Assembly (NCBI GenBank): GCA_016938065.1
Contig: JAFGVI010000124.1
Location: 2,199-66,198 of the forward strand
Length of the DNA stretch: 64,000 nt
Reading direction: 5' to 3'
From: Deltaproteobacteria bacterium
GTDB lineage: Bacteria; Desulfobacterota; Anaeroferrophillalia; Anaeroferrophillales; Tharpellaceae
Of the stretch, positions 9,011-20,055 are shown one piece after another. Each line of letters opens with the position of its first letter. Positions within the stretch are counted from its first letter, which is position 1. The position numbers were made by a program, and so were the translations under genes. The notes beneath the pieces are model-generated. The model was given only the letters and a program-made list of their open reading frames with translations. It was not told the origin of the DNA and ran no database searches.

Positions 9011-11118
9011 GCCATGCCCCCTTTTATTCTCTCCTCCGGACTTTTCGTCGGCAGGCGCACCCAGAAAACACTGCCCTGGCCCGGTTCCGATTTGACCCCG
9101 ACACTGCCGCCAAGCAAGGCCGCAGCTTTTTTGACCATCGCCAGACCGATTCCGGTTCCCGGATAATCATCGCGATTATGCAGACGCTGAAAAAGGTTGA
9201 AAATCTTATCCTGCAGTTCCGGAGCTATACCAAGACCATTATCGGCCACCTCAATCACGGACCAGCCGGCAGAACTCGCCCCAGCCCTGACTTCAATCCG
9301 CACCACGCCCTCACGACAATGGTATTTTAAGGCGTTATCCAGCAAATTAACAAAGATCTGAAAAAGCAGGGTGGAGGTGCCCCAGACCACCGGCAGGACG
9401 GGCTGGACAATAATTTCAGCCTGATCACTTTCCCTTTCAAAACCGGCAAGAACTTCCGCCATAAGGCCGGAAAGGTCTACGAGCCGGGCGGGCACCCCCT
9501 CGCGGCCGAGTCGCGAATAGGTCAGGAGATCGGTGATCAGTTCCCCCATCCGCTGGCTCGCCTCTATAATATTATCAAAATAGTGCTGCCCTTCCGGGTT
9601 AAGATTTTGCCGGTGGCGACGGCCGATAATCTCGGCAAAACCGGAGATGGCCCGCAGCGGTGCCCGCAGATCATGAGAAACTGAATAGACAAAAGACTGC
9701 AACTCCTGATTGGCTTCGAAAAGTTCCGCCGTGCGCTGTGCCACCCGCAGTTCAAGTTCCGCGGCCAACTGCCGCAACTCCTCTTCCGCCTGACGGCGCT
9801 CGGTTATGTCGATGCCGAAAGAGATGGTGTGCAACTCCCCGTCGGCATTATGTAAAAGCTTATTCTGCCAGACGATATAGTGCTCTGCGCCGCTTTTGGT
9901 AAGAATCGGATTTTCAAAAACCTTTGGGAAAAGGCCACGCTCGGTAATTTTGGTAAACTCCTCCCAGACATAAGGGTAACTCTTTTTGGGCACCAGGGTC
10001 AGAAACCAGTTGTGCCCCTGCAATTCACTCTGACGATAGCCGGTAATCTCCTCGGCCGCAGCATTCAGGCGCACCACCGCACCGCTACTGTCAAGTTCAA
10101 CAAAAATCACATTCGCGGTCGCAATCAGATTCTCAGCAAAGTCACGGGCCTGTTTCAGCGCCGCTTCAGACTGCAGTCTCTGGCTGATATCAACGGAGAC
10201 GCTGAGCAGACAGGCCTCACCCTGCAGGGTGATGGCTTCGGCCGCAAAGAGCAGCTGACGCAGCTCCCCGCTGCGAAGACGGGTCGGCATTTCCAGACCC
10301 GTGACCCGGCCTTGCGTACGCAGTCGCTCAAGCATCTGCGCACGACCATCGGGATCGGCCCAGAACTGCATCTCGGTCGTCGTCCGCCCCAGCAACTCAT
10401 CCCGGGCATAGCCGGTAAATTCCGAGAAAACCTGATTAACATCAACAAAGCGGCCCTCTGCCTGAGTCGTAATCGAAAAGAGCAGAGGGCTTAAACGGAA
10501 AGCCTTGGAAAACTTTTCCTCACTTTCGCCAAGCTCCCGTTCGGTAATAATCCGTCGCTGCTCATTAATCATAAGCTGGCCGAGTACCAGGGTAGCGAGC
10601 GGAAAAATCAGCATCACCGGCAACCAGATGCGGGCAATCGCGGCAACGCCTACAGGCCAGGGTAAAAAGAGCTGGCAGGCCAGCATCACCAGATGCGAGA
10701 CAAGGCCTAAAGCATAAAGCGCGAAGAGGTTCATGCTCTCAGGCCGGTTTTTACAGAGCCGGCGCGCACCGAGCCCGACCAGGGCACAGCCGACAATCGT
10801 CGCCAGTCCGGCCCAGACCCCGATCCCGCCGAGAAAAAACCGGTATGCCCCCGCGATCAGCGCCGCCACCCCGGCTCCGCCGGCACCAGCGAAAAGTCCG
10901 GCCAGGGTCAGAATAATGGAGCGTCCGTCGTAAATAATCCCCGGCGCGTAATGTAACGGCAGGTTCATACCGACCCCGGCCACGATGCCGAAAAGTAGCC
11001 CCGTGACCAGCCGCGGCCAGAGCAAGCTATTGCGCCAGTGCCGGGCAATCAGGCTGTAGAGGGTGGAGAGGGCAACCAGCAGGGCGACGTTATGAATAAA
11101 TTCAAGATACAAAGACAC
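9007..11118 (-). CDS. Membrane sensor kinase (5TM LytS/YhcK-type receptor, 2 PAS, HisKA, HATPase)
   Basis: GIIYDGRS motif in the TM region; VSHDLRAPLR; NLLDNALKY; GTGIGLA; GTG start after GGGG; 4-bp overlap with the regulator. Confidence 0.9.
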   Translation of the reverse strand: MSLYLEFIHNVALLVALSTLYSLIARHWRNSLLWPRLVTGLLFGIVAGVGMNLPLHYAPGIIYDGRSIILTLAGLFAGAGGAGVAALIAGAYRFFLGGIGVWAGLATIVGCALVGLGARRLCKNRPESMNLFALYALGLVSHLVMLACQLFLPWPVGVAAIARIWLPVMLIFPLATLVLGQLMINEQRRIITERELGESEEKFSKAFRLSPLLFSITTQAEGRFVDVNQVFSEFTGYARDELLGRTTTEMQFWADPDGRAQMLERLRTQGRVTGLEMPTRLRSGELRQLLFAAEAITLQGEACLLSVSVDISQRLQSEAALKQARDFAENLIATANVIFVELDSSGAVVRLNAAAEEITGYRQSELQGHNWFLTLVPKKSYPYVWEEFTKITERGLFPKVFENPILTKSGAEHYIVWQNKLLHNADGELHTISFGIDITERRQAEEELRQLAAELELRVAQRTAELFEANQELQSFVYSVSHDLRAPLRAISGFAEIIGRRHRQNLNPEGQHYFDNIIEASQRMGELITDLLTYSRLGREGVPARLVDLSGLMAEVLAGFERESDQAEIIVQPVLPVVWGTSTLLFQIFVNLLDNALKYHCREGVVRIEVRAGASSAGWSVIEVADNGLGIAPELQDKIFNLFQRLHNRDDYPGTGIGLAMVKKAAALLGGSVGVKSEPGQGSVFWVRLPTKSPEERIKGGMA

Positions 11119-11166
11119 GCCCCCCTCTGCAGAGATTTTAAACTCCGTAAAGCAACCGACATCTGA

Positions 11167-11195
11167 TGTGTAGATAGTTTTTCAAGTTCTGTCAA
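11167..11195 (-). promoter_or_regulatory. Putative sigma70 promoter for the kinase operon
   Basis: TTGACA-N17-TACACA on the minus strand; the -10 is imperfect. Confidence 0.4.
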
Positions 11196-11256
11196 GATAT
11201 CTCGGGAAAGAGAACTCAGTTTGCCCCGATCCAGACAGGCCTGCAAGGCCTAAGAT

Positions 11257-12021
11257 CTAGCACATTTCATCTTCTGCATAGGCCACCGACCGCAGTATCA
11301 GACCATGGGCCGGAGCCGTGATGCCGGCGGCGCTGCGGCGGCGGGCGCTGATAATGGCGCTCATCTCGGACGGTGCCGACTTTCCGCGGCCGAAATCGAC
11401 CAGCGTACCGACGATGATGCGGACCATGTTCTTGAGAAAACCATTACCTTTGATAAAAAAGAAGAGAGAGAAACCCCGCCGACACCAGCGCGCCTGCAGA
11501 ATAGTGCGCTCACTGGTGAGGGTTTTACCGTCGGCGGCTTTAAAGGAGAGAAAATCATGACGACCAACCAGCAAAGCCGCCGCCTGATTCAGAGCCTTCA
11601 GATCTAAAGGCTGATGAATATGCCAGGCATAACGCCGCAGGAAAGGGTTGGCCTGAGGCGCGTTGTCAATAATGTAGAGGTAGGTTTTGCTGCGAGCTGA
11701 TTTACGGGCGTGAAAAGCGGGCCCCATCTCTTCAACCCGGCGCACCCTGATATCGGCCGGCAGCAGACTGTTGAAAGCACCCTGAATCCGCTCCGGGGCC
11801 AGCCGGCCGCCATAAGACCAGGAAGCCACCTGGCCCCAGGCATGCACCCCGGCGTCGGTCCGCCCCGAACCTGCCATCAACTGCTGCTCCCCGGTAAACC
11901 GCCGGGCTGTTGTCTCCAGCTCTTCCTGAATGGTCAGACCGTTGGGCTGCACCTGCCAGCCGTGATAAGCCGTACCATCGTAGGCAATCGTCAGCTTGAG
12001 GGTGCGGGAGGGCAAGGCCAT
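11257..12021 (-). CDS. truA: tRNA pseudouridine(38-40) synthase
   Basis: YDGT-x-YHGWQ, GRTDAGVHA, FLKNMVR and TAPAHGL. Confidence 0.97.
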   Translation of the reverse strand: MALPSRTLKLTIAYDGTAYHGWQVQPNGLTIQEELETTARRFTGEQQLMAGSGRTDAGVHAWGQVASWSYGGRLAPERIQGAFNSLLPADIRVRRVEEMGPAFHARKSARSKTYLYIIDNAPQANPFLRRYAWHIHQPLDLKALNQAAALLVGRHDFLSFKAADGKTLTSERTILQARWCRRGFSLFFFIKGNGFLKNMVRIIVGTLVDFGRGKSAPSEMSAIISARRRSAAGITAPAHGLILRSVAYAEDEMC

Positions 12022-12028
12022 TTAACAA

Positions 12029-12520
12029 TCAGGGCGCCGTCGCGCTGATTTCGAGAATAGTATAATTCTTCTGACCGGCCGGCAGCTGCAGCAGGACATC
12101 GTCGTCGACCTCCTTGCCGAGCAGGGCCCGGGCCAGAGGAGCGGCAATCGACAGGCGCCCCTGTTCGACATCAGCCTCATCCTCGCCCACCAGCTGATAG
12201 ATCTTCTCTTCGCCGCTCTCCTCATCAACGAGCGTGACAAAAACCCCGAACCGGACCTGATCGAGAGAGGCCATCTGGGTCGGATCGATAATTTCGGCCC
12301 TAGTGAGCCGCTCACTGAGATAGTTGATGCGCCCTTCGACAAAAGACTGGCGATTTTTGGCTGCGTCATATTCGGCATTTTCACTTAAATCGCCATGGTC
12401 ACGAGCCTCGGAAATATCACGAATTATCTGCTGCCGTTCTACGGTTTTTAACTGATTCAGTTCCGCTTTAAGTTTTTTGTAGCCGTCCGGGGTGAACGGC
12501 ACCTTTCCCATACTGCACAT
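12029..12520 (-). CDS. greA: Transcription elongation factor GreA
   Basis: ARDHGDLSENAEYDAAK and PLARALLGK; start 12520 or 12511. Confidence 0.96.
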   Translation of the reverse strand: MCSMGKVPFTPDGYKKLKAELNQLKTVERQQIIRDISEARDHGDLSENAEYDAAKNRQSFVEGRINYLSERLTRAEIIDPTQMASLDQVRFGVFVTLVDEESGEEKIYQLVGEDEADVEQGRLSIAAPLARALLGKEVDDDVLLQLPAGQKNYTILEISATAP

Positions 12521-12574
12521 TAAAATGACTCCGTCTTGAATTCAATAAAAATTGTCAAAAGTTAAATATTACCT

Positions 12575-15500
12575 CTAGCCGGCCAGGTAGTCCTGCAGTG
12601 CCTGCAGGGTAACCTGCCGGCAGCTTAACGCGGCAATCGCCGAAGCTGCGGCCTGAGCCCCCGGCAGAGTGGTGAAATAGGGAATGCCGTTATCCAGGGC
12701 AACCCTTCGAATATAAAGAGAATCTTCACGCGAGCGGGCATCACCCGGCAGATTGATGACCATATCAATCTCGCCATTGAGCACCAGGTCGATAGCGTTG
12801 GGACGACCCTCTTTCTGTTTTTTGATCATGCGATTGTCAAGACCTAGCTCGCTTAAGGCTCGCGCCGTCCCCGAGGTTGCGACAAAAGTGAAACCGGCCT
12901 GAGCCAGAGGTTCGACCAGCTGCTGCAGACCGGTTTTATCGCTCATACTTAAAAAGACCGCCCCCCTCTTCGGCAGCGGATTACCGGCCGCCTCCTGAGC
13001 TTTGGCAAAAGCTAAAGGAAAATCAAGATCAATGCCCATAACCTCGCCGGTTGATTTCATCTCCGGTCCGAGCAGGGTATCAACCCCGGGGAATTTGAGA
13101 AAGGGAAAAACCGCCTCTTTAACGGCACTCCAGGAGGGCCGATAATTCTCTACAACCCCCAACTCGGCCAGCGTTTTACCGGCCATCACCCGAGCCGCAA
13201 TCGCGGCCAGGGGCAGGCCCGTGGCTTTGCCGACAAAGGGCACGGTCCGGGAGGCCCGGGGATTGACTTCGATAATATAGATCTCATCATCCTGCACGGC
13301 AAACTGCACGTTCATCAGCCCTTTGACATCAAGTTCAAAAGCCATGGCCCGCGTCTGCCGGGCGATTTCCGTAATAATTTCATCGGAAAGTGAATAGGGC
13401 GGCAGCGAACAGGCGGAATCGCCGGAATGAATCCCGGCCTTCTCGATATGCTCCATAATGCCGCCGATAACAACCTCTACTCCGTCGCAAACGGCATCGA
13501 CATCAACCTCAACCGCATTATTGAGAAATTTATCGATCAGAACCGGATGATCGAAAGAGACATCGACCGCTTTCTGCATATAGCCTTTGAGGGATTCGCT
13601 GTCGAAGACAATCTCCATGCCGCGCCCGCCCAGCACATAGGAGGGCCGCACCAGAATCGGATAACCGATACGCTCGGCAATCGCCACCGCTTCGTCTACC
13701 GAAGTGGCTGTATCGTTAGCCGGCTGCTTGAGCTCCAGCTTTTCAAGAAACTGCTTGAAACGGCGCCGATCTTCGGCCCGGTCGATACTGTCGGGCGAGG
13801 TGCCGAGAATCGGTACGCCGGCCTGTTCGAGACCGGCCGCCAGTTTCAACGGGGTCTGACCGCCGAACTGAACGATGACGCCATAGGGTTTCTCAACCTC
13901 GACAATCTGCAGAACATCTTCATGGGTCAGAGGTTCAAAATAGAGCCGGTCCGAGGTATCGTAGTCGGTACTGACGGTCTCCGGATTGCAGTTGACCATG
14001 ATCGTTTCGTAACCGTCTTTAGTCAGAGCAAAGGCACAGTGAACACAGCAGTAGTCAAACTCAATACCCTGGCCGATACGGTTGGGACCACCCCCTAAAA
14101 TGATAACCTTCTTCCGCTCCGTCGGCCGGGTCTCATCTTCAGCTTCATAGGTGGAATAGAAATAGGGGGTGTGCGCCTCAAATTCGGCGGCACAGGTATC
14201 AACCCGTTTATAAACCGGGGTAACTTTTTTCGCAAGCCGCAGATTGCGGATGTCAACCTCGGCGCAGTTGAAGATTTTGGCCAGAAATTTATCGGCAAAG
14301 CCCATCTCCTTGGCCCGGCGCAAATCGCTTTCCTCGAGCTCCGCCAGGGAAAAACCGGCAAGTTTTTCTTCAAATTCGATGATCTCACGAATATTATTGA
14401 GAAACCACGGGTCAATGCCGGTCATCTCATAAATTTTTTCAATCGCAAAACCGAGCCGAATGGCATCACCGACATAGCAGAGCCGGGCCGGCCCCGGAAT
14501 CAGCAGACGCTGCTCGACCAGATCAACGATCTCGTCATCGGCGGCCGCGGGATTGAGATAGACCGCGGCCGGCAGCTGCCGTTCAAAACCGTAACCGTCG
14601 ATCTCCATCGAGCGCAGGGCCTTCTGCAGGGACTCCTTAAAAGTCCGTCCGATCGCCATCGCTTCACCCACCGATTTCATCTGGGTCGTCAGGGTGGCAT
14701 CCGCCTGAGGAAATTTTTCAAAGGTAAAACGCGGCACCTTGGTCACGACATAGTCTATCGAAGGCTCAAAACAGGCCGGGGTTTCGCGGGTGATATCGTT
14801 GGGAATTTCATCCAGGGTGTAGCCCACTGCCAGTTTGGCGGCAATCTTGGCAATCGGAAAACCGGTAGCTTTGGAGGCCAGGGCCGAACTCCGCGAAACC
14901 CTGGGATTCATCTCAATCACAACCAGACGTCCGTTTTTGGGATCAACCCCGAACTGAACATTGGAACCTCCGGTATCAACCCCGATCTCACGCATAATCG
15001 CCAGCGCCGCATCGCGCATGAGCTGATACTCTTTGTCGGTCAGGGTCTGGGCCGGGGCCACCGTAATGCTGTCACCGGTATGAATTCCCATCGCGTCGAG
15101 GTTCTCGATCGAGCAGACAATCACGACATTATCCTTATGATCGCGCATCACCTCAAGTTCATACTCTTTCCAACCGACAATCGACTCCTCGATGAGAATC
15201 TCGTGCACCGGGCTGATCTCCAGACCCCGTTTGACATACTTCTCAAAATCCTCGACATTATAAGCAATGTTGCCGCCGCTGCCGCCCATCGTAAAGGATG
15301 GTCTGAGGATCGCCGGAAAACCGGTATCTTCGAGAATTTTCCAGGCATCAGCCAGACTTTTGGCCACCCCGCTGCGCGGCTGATCGAGTCCGATGTTGGC
15401 CATCGCATCTTTGAAAAGCTGACGGTCTTCGGCCTTTTTTATCGACTCAAGGGTGGCGCCGATCATCTCGACACCATATTTGGCCAGGGTTCCGTTTTCG

Positions 15501-15808
15501 GCCAGGGCAATGCCGATATTCAACGCAGTCTGACCGCCTAAAGTCGGCAGCAGGGCATCGGGCCGTTCCAGAGCGATAATACGGCCGAGCGTTTCCGGGG
15601 TCAGCGGTTCGATATAGGTGCGGTCGGCAAACTCAGGATCGGTCATGATGGTGGCCGGATTGCTGTTGACCAGAACCACCTCATAGCCCTCTTCCTTAAG
15701 CGCTTTACAGGCCTGGGTTCCCGAATAGTCGAACTCGCAGGCCTGACCGATAACAATCGGACCTGAACCTATGAGCATTATTTTTTTTAGATCAGTACGT
15801 TTCGGCAA
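12575..15808 (-). CDS. carB: Carbamoyl-phosphate synthase large subunit
   Basis: MPKRTD...[17 protein letters not shown]; duplicated ATP-grasp halves; MGS domain; TTG start. Confidence 0.98.
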   Translation of the reverse strand: MPKRTDLKKIMLIGSGPIVIGQACEFDYSGTQACKALKEEGYEVVLVNSNPATIMTDPEFADRTYIEPLTPETLGRIIALERPDALLPTLGGQTALNIGIALAENGTLAKYGVEMIGATLESIKKAEDRQLFKDAMANIGLDQPRSGVAKSLADAWKILEDTGFPAILRPSFTMGGSGGNIAYNVEDFEKYVKRGLEISPVHEILIEESIVGWKEYELEVMRDHKDNVVIVCSIENLDAMGIHTGDSITVAPAQTLTDKEYQLMRDAALAIMREIGVDTGGSNVQFGVDPKNGRLVVIEMNPRVSRSSALASKATGFPIAKIAAKLAVGYTLDEIPNDITRETPACFEPSIDYVVTKVPRFTFEKFPQADATLTTQMKSVGEAMAIGRTFKESLQKALRSMEIDGYGFERQLPAAVYLNPAAADDEIVDLVEQRLLIPGPARLCYVGDAIRLGFAIEKIYEMTGIDPWFLNNIREIIEFEEKLAGFSLAELEESDLRRAKEMGFADKFLAKIFNCAEVDIRNLRLAKKVTPVYKRVDTCAAEFEAHTPYFYSTYEAEDETRPTERKKVIILGGGPNRIGQGIEFDYCCVHCAFALTKDGYETIMVNCNPETVSTDYDTSDRLYFEPLTHEDVLQIVEVEKPYGVIVQFGGQTPLKLAAGLEQAGVPILGTSPDSIDRAEDRRRFKQFLEKLELKQPANDTATSVDEAVAIAERIGYPILVRPSYVLGGRGMEIVFDSESLKGYMQKAVDVSFDHPVLIDKFLNNAVEVDVDAVCDGVEVVIGGIMEHIEKAGIHSGDSACSLPPYSLSDEIITEIARQTRAMAFELDVKGLMNVQFAVQDDEIYIIEVNPRASRTVPFVGKATGLPLAAIAARVMAGKTLAELGVVENYRPSWSAVKEAVFPFLKFPGVDTLLGPEMKSTGEVMGIDLDFPLAFAKAQEAAGNPLPKRGAVFLSMSDKTGLQQLVEPLAQAGFTFVATSGTARALSELGLDNRMIKKQKEGRPNAIDLVLNGEIDMVINLPGDARSREDSLYIRRVALDNGIPYFTTLPGAQAAASAIAALSCRQVTLQALQDYLAG

Positions 15809-15824
15809 TGTGTAAACCTTACAG

Positions 15825-15887
15825 CAGCGGGCAACCGGCAGCGGGCGGCAGCAGAAAACCTGCCCACAACCGACTGCCGACTGACAA
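15825..15887. repeat. Two arms of degenerate heptamer repeats, partly complementary
   Basis: CAGCGGG-CAACCGG-CAGCGGG-CGGCAGC ... CTGCCCA-CAACCGA-CTGCCGA-CTGACAA in the carB/lpxH intergenic region. Confidence 0.55.
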
Positions 15888-15896
15888 AGTTGGCAG

Positions 15897-15926
15897 TTGA
15901 CAATAAAATTAGTTTAAGATTATAAA
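15897..15926 (+). promoter_or_regulatory. Putative sigma70 promoter for lpxH (probably leaderless mRNA)
   Basis: TTGACA-N18-TATAAA ending 7 nt before the ATG at 15934; no Shine-Dalgarno. Confidence 0.55.
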
Positions 15927-15933
15927 CTCAGCC

Positions 15934-16665
15934 ATGAAATCAATTTTTCTGGCCGATGCCCATTTAAGAGACCCTGATGCTCAGGCCTATCAGGATCTGC
16001 TCAGTTTTCTGCAAAAGCTTCCTGAGGATCTTGATAATCTCTTTATTCTGGGCGACTTCTTCGATTTCTGGCACGGCTTTGAAACGGTGGTTTTCAGGGC
16101 TTATCTTCCGATACTGGCCGCCCTGGAAAAGCTTGCCGGACAGGGTGTCAAAATCCACTTCTTTGCCGGCAACCACGAAATTTCCTGGGGCCCCTATCTT
16201 GAGAATCTCGCCTGCTGTTATGCGCAGGAGTGTATCGTTGAACTTGACGGCCGCAAAATCTATCTCGCCCACGGCGACCGCCTCAACCCCGATGACCGCA
16301 TCTACCGGCTCTGGAGCGCATTTATCCGTCATCCTTTAAGCCTGAGAATAATCAACCTGCTCCCAAGCGCCTGGCTCTGGTACCTGGCCGGCCGGCTTTC
16401 ACACGGCAGCCGCACCTATAACGGCACGAAAAAGCTCATTCCGGCCCAGGTTTTCCAAAGCTGTGCCAGAATTCTTGCAGGTACGACTGCGGCCATGGTC
16501 ATCGGTCATTTCCATCAGGCCCGGCAGGAAACCTTTATCAGCTCTCACGGACCCCGAACCCTCTATCTCCTCGGAGACTGGATTAATGAGCGCTCCTATC
16601 TCGTTCTGGAAAATGGTCAATTCAGTTTTCGCAGTTTTCATCAATCAGTCGGCGAAACCGTTTAA
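15934..16665 (+). CDS. lpxH: UDP-2,3-diacylglucosamine hydrolase (LpxH family metallophosphoesterase)
   Basis: ADAHL, LGDFFDFW, GNHE, AHGD, GHFH and LGDW motifs. Confidence 0.85.
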   Translation: MKSIFLADAHLRDPDAQAYQDLLSFLQKLPEDLDNLFILGDFFDFWHGFETVVFRAYLPILAALEKLAGQGVKIHFFAGNHEISWGPYLENLACCYAQECIVELDGRKIYLAHGDRLNPDDRIYRLWSAFIRHPLSLRIINLLPSAWLWYLAGRLSHGSRTYNGTKKLIPAQVFQSCARILAGTTAAMVIGHFHQARQETFISSHGPRTLYLLGDWINERSYLVLENGQFSFRSFHQSVGETV

Positions 16666-17767
16666 AGAGATAAGCCGAATCATGCGGTCCGGGAGAACTT
16701 TCCGGATGATACTGAAAAGAGAAAAGCGGATGGCGGCGATGCCGCAGACCTTCGACCGTCTGATCATTAAGATTGATGTGGGTCACTTCAACTTCATCCC
16801 CCAAAGAGTCAATATCGACACAGAAACCGTGATTCTGCGAGGTGATCTCAACCTTTCTCGTCGTCAGATCCATGACCGGATGATTACTGCCGTGATGCCC
16901 GAATTTGAGCTTGTAAGTTTTGCCGCCTAAAGCCTGCCCCAGAATCTGATGCCCGAGACAGATGCCGCAGATCGGCAGGCGCCCGACCAACCCCTTTATT
17001 TCATTAACAATCCCGCCCAGGGCGGCGGGATCACCGGGGCCGTTGGCGAGAAACAGGCCGTCCGGCTTGAGGGCCAAGACCGCTTGCGCGCAGGTCCCGG
17101 CCGGCACCACCGTCACCCCGCAGCCGACCTCTTTCAGAAGGCGCAGAATGTTGTATTTAATGCCGAAATCATAAACCACAACGCGGCGCTCGGCCAGATC
17201 ATCTTCCGGATAACCATGCCCGATGCTCCAGCTCTTCTGGCGCCACTCATAGCCTTTGGCAACCGTCACCCCGTCAACCAGGTTGGCCCCTTCCATGCCG
17301 GGCCATTGCCTGAGTTTCGCAGCCAGTGAACGCGGATCAAAGTCGACCGTGCTGATAATGCCGGGCAGGGCTCCGGCCTCGCGAATATGGCGGGTCAGGG
17401 CCCGGGTGTCTATTCCCTCAAGACCGATCACCCCGTCCCGCGCCATAAATTCAGCCAGTTCTCCCCGACTGCGCCAGTTACTCGGATAGTCGCAATACTC
17501 TTTGACGAGAAGGGCCGAAAGAAAACAGCGTCGGGACTCAACATCCTCATCGTTAAAACCGTAATTACCGATATGGGGATAGGTCATCAGCACCATCTGA
17601 CCGCAATAGGAGGGGTCACTCAAAACCTCCTGATAGCCGCTCAAACTGGTGTTAAAAACCACCTCCCCCATCACCTCGCCGGCGGCACCGAAAGCCCGGC
17701 CCGTAAAGATGGTGCCGTCCTTGAGTAACAGAACCGCTTTACTGCCCCGCCTGATCATCTCTGCCAT
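16622..17767 (-). CDS. carA: Carbamoyl-phosphate synthase small subunit
   Basis: GEVVFNT, DPSY, NGPGDP, GICLGHQ and QYHPESSPGP. Confidence 0.98.
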   Translation of the reverse strand: MAEMIRRGSKAVLLLKDGTIFTGRAFGAAGEVMGEVVFNTSLSGYQEVLSDPSYCGQMVLMTYPHIGNYGFNDEDVESRRCFLSALLVKEYCDYPSNWRSRGELAEFMARDGVIGLEGIDTRALTRHIREAGALPGIISTVDFDPRSLAAKLRQWPGMEGANLVDGVTVAKGYEWRQKSWSIGHGYPEDDLAERRVVVYDFGIKYNILRLLKEVGCGVTVVPAGTCAQAVLALKPDGLFLANGPGDPAALGGIVNEIKGLVGRLPICGICLGHQILGQALGGKTYKLKFGHHGSNHPVMDLTTRKVEITSQNHGFCVDIDSLGDEVEVTHINLNDQTVEGLRHRRHPLFSFQYHPESSPGPHDSAYLFKRFRRLIDENCEN

Positions 17768-17790
17768 AATCTTAAATATCCTTACAAACT

Positions 17791-19128
17791 TTACAGACTG
17801 AAAACCACCCGACCGTCAACGATGGTTCTGACCACCCGGCCCTGCAGACGCCAGCCGGTAAATGGTGTATTACGCGCTTTCGAATAAAATTTTTCCGGAT
17901 CGACAACCCACTCACATTCGGGATCGACAATCGTCAGATCAGCCGCCATCCCCGTTGCCAGCGAGCCCCGGTCATTAAGGCCTAAAATCGCCGCCGGGGT
18001 CTGACTCATCCGGGCCACCAGCTGCAGCGGGGTCAACACCCCCTCCCGCACCAGACGCAAGGCCAGAGCCAGAGCGGTTTCCAGCCCGACCACACCAAAG
18101 GGGGCCAGGTCGTACTCCACCGCTTTCTCGGTCGCCTCATGCGGAGCGTGATCGGTGGCGATGGCGTCAATCGTCCCGTCAGCCAGAGCCTGCCGCAAAG
18201 CTGCCACATCAGCAGCCGTGCGCAGCGGCGGACTCATTTTGCTGTTGGTATTGTAACAGAGCATCGCCGGCTTTAAATCTTCATCCAGGGTTTCGCCACA
18301 GGCAAGATCGACAACCGCCTCCTCGCTGAGAAAAAGATGATGCGGGGTCGCTTCCGCCGTGACCCTGACGCCGCGGGCTTTGCCCTGACGCACCAGCGCA
18401 ATCCCGCCCCGGGTACTCAAATGACAGATATGAACCGGAACCTTGAGATATTCCGCCAGCATGATGGTACGGGCAATATCAATCTCTTCAGCCAGGGCCG
18501 GAATACCGGCCAGACCATGTTGGGCGGCGATCATCCCTTCATGAATAACCCCATCGGCAAAGAGAGCGTTATCCTGACAGTGACAAAGCAGGGGTTTACC
18601 GAACAGTGAGGCATACTCAAGAGCATGGCGCAGAAGTTTGGAATCGGGCACGGTTTTGCCGTCATCGGAGAAAGCCACCGCCCCGGCGGCGACGAGATCA
18701 CCCATCTCGACCAGCACTTCACCCTGCATGGCTCTGGTAATGGCCGCTATGGGCAGAACCTTGGCCGGGGCCGCACGCGCCTGTTCCAGAATAAAACGGG
18801 TTACAGCGGCATTGTCGTTAATCGGCATGGTGTTGGCCATGCAGGCAATCGAAGTAAAACCGCCGGCCACCGCCGCTTGGGCCCCGCTTAAAATAGTCTC
18901 CTTATATTCATAACCGGGTTCGCGCAGATGAACATGCAGATCTATCGCCCCCGGCAATACCCACAAACCTTCAAGATCAAGCGTCCGATCGGCAGCTACC
19001 TCAAGCCCGATGCCGATTTTACTGACTTTACCGTCGACCAGAAAAATATCAAACTTGCCGTCAAGCGCCTGCGCGGCGTCGATCAGGCGTCCGTTTTTCA
19101 GTAAAAGAGAGGGAATCGTTTCACTCAT
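17791..19128 (-). CDS. pyrC: Dihydroorotase (type I)
   Basis: [27 protein letters not shown] and ATDHAPH; in the pyr operon. Confidence 0.95.
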   Translation of the reverse strand: MSETIPSLLLKNGRLIDAAQALDGKFDIFLVDGKVSKIGIGLEVAADRTLDLEGLWVLPGAIDLHVHLREPGYEYKETILSGAQAAVAGGFTSIACMANTMPINDNAAVTRFILEQARAAPAKVLPIAAITRAMQGEVLVEMGDLVAAGAVAFSDDGKTVPDSKLLRHALEYASLFGKPLLCHCQDNALFADGVIHEGMIAAQHGLAGIPALAEEIDIARTIMLAEYLKVPVHICHLSTRGGIALVRQGKARGVRVTAEATPHHLFLSEEAVVDLACGETLDEDLKPAMLCYNTNSKMSPPLRTAADVAALRQALADGTIDAIATDHAPHEATEKAVEYDLAPFGVVGLETALALALRLVREGVLTPLQLVARMSQTPAAILGLNDRGSLATGMAADLTIVDPECEWVVDPEKFYSKARNTPFTGWRLQGRVVRTIVDGRVVFSL

Positions 19129-20050
19129 GCCCCTGGCCTCCCAGTAAAAAAAGCACCGCCATGCGCAGAGCCACTCCGTTGCTGACCTGACTGAGAATCA
19201 CCGCCTGCTCACTGTCGGCGACATCGGAGGTGATTTCCACCCCGCGGTTCATCGGCCCGGGATGCATGACAATGGCATCAGGACGGGCCAGGGCCAGGCG
19301 CCGGCGATTAAGCCCGAAAATCGCGGCATAATCTCTAAGCGAAGGAAAGAGCAGTCGATCCTGTCGTTCAAGCTGAATGCGCAGCATCATAACCACATCG
19401 ACACCGTCTAAAGCCTCTTCCGGACGCCGACAGACCTCAACCCCTTTAATATTTTCCAGGCCGCGCGGCAGCATCGTCGGCGGGGCGCAGACCCTGACCG
19501 TAATCCCTAAAGTCGTTAAGGCCCAGATATTGGAGCGCGCCACCCGACTGTGGGCGATATCGCCGATAATGGCGACCCGCAAACCGGGCCCCAGTTTTTT
19601 ATGTGCGGAGATGGTCAGAAGATCCAGCAGGGCCTGGGTCGGATGCTCGTTGGCCCCGTCCCCGGCATTGACCACGCTGGCCCCGATATGCCCGGCAATC
19701 AGATGGGCCGCACCGACAGATTTATGCCGGACCACAATGATATCGGGCGCCATCGCCTGAAGATTGTCAACCGTATCCAGCAGGCTCTCACCCTTGACCA
19801 CACTGCTCGTCGATGCACTGATGTTTACCGCATCCGCACTTAAACGTTTAGCCGCAATTTCAAAGGAGGTGCGGGTTCTGGTACTCGGTTCAAAAAAGAG
19901 ATTGACGACGGTTTTACCCCGCAGAGCCGGCACCTTTTTCAGGGGCCGCTCGGCAATTTCCTTAAATGACTCGGCACTTTCCAAAAGGGTTCTAATCTCG
20001 TCGGCCGAGAGGTCTCGAGTCCCCAGCAGATCTTTACGTCTGAAACCCAT
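19121..20050 (-). CDS. pyrB: Aspartate carbamoyltransferase catalytic subunit
   Basis: [26 protein letters not shown] and HPGP; start taken at ATG 20050 (MGFRRKDLL), just after the pyrR stop. Confidence 0.97.
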   Translation of the reverse strand: MGFRRKDLLGTRDLSADEIRTLLESAESFKEIAERPLKKVPALRGKTVVNLFFEPSTRTRTSFEIAAKRLSADAVNISASTSSVVKGESLLDTVDNLQAMAPDIIVVRHKSVGAAHLIAGHIGASVVNAGDGANEHPTQALLDLLTISAHKKLGPGLRVAIIGDIAHSRVARSNIWALTTLGITVRVCAPPTMLPRGLENIKGVEVCRRPEEALDGVDVVMMLRIQLERQDRLLFPSLRDYAAIFGLNRRRLALARPDAIVMHPGPMNRGVEITSDVADSEQAVILSQVSNGVALRMAVLFLLGGQGHE

Positions 20051-20055
20051 CTTTT

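Noticed and set aside
11238-11252. AGGCCT-GCA-AGGCCT hairpin after truA as a terminator
   Set aside because: The stem is short, there is no T-tract, and it occurs once.
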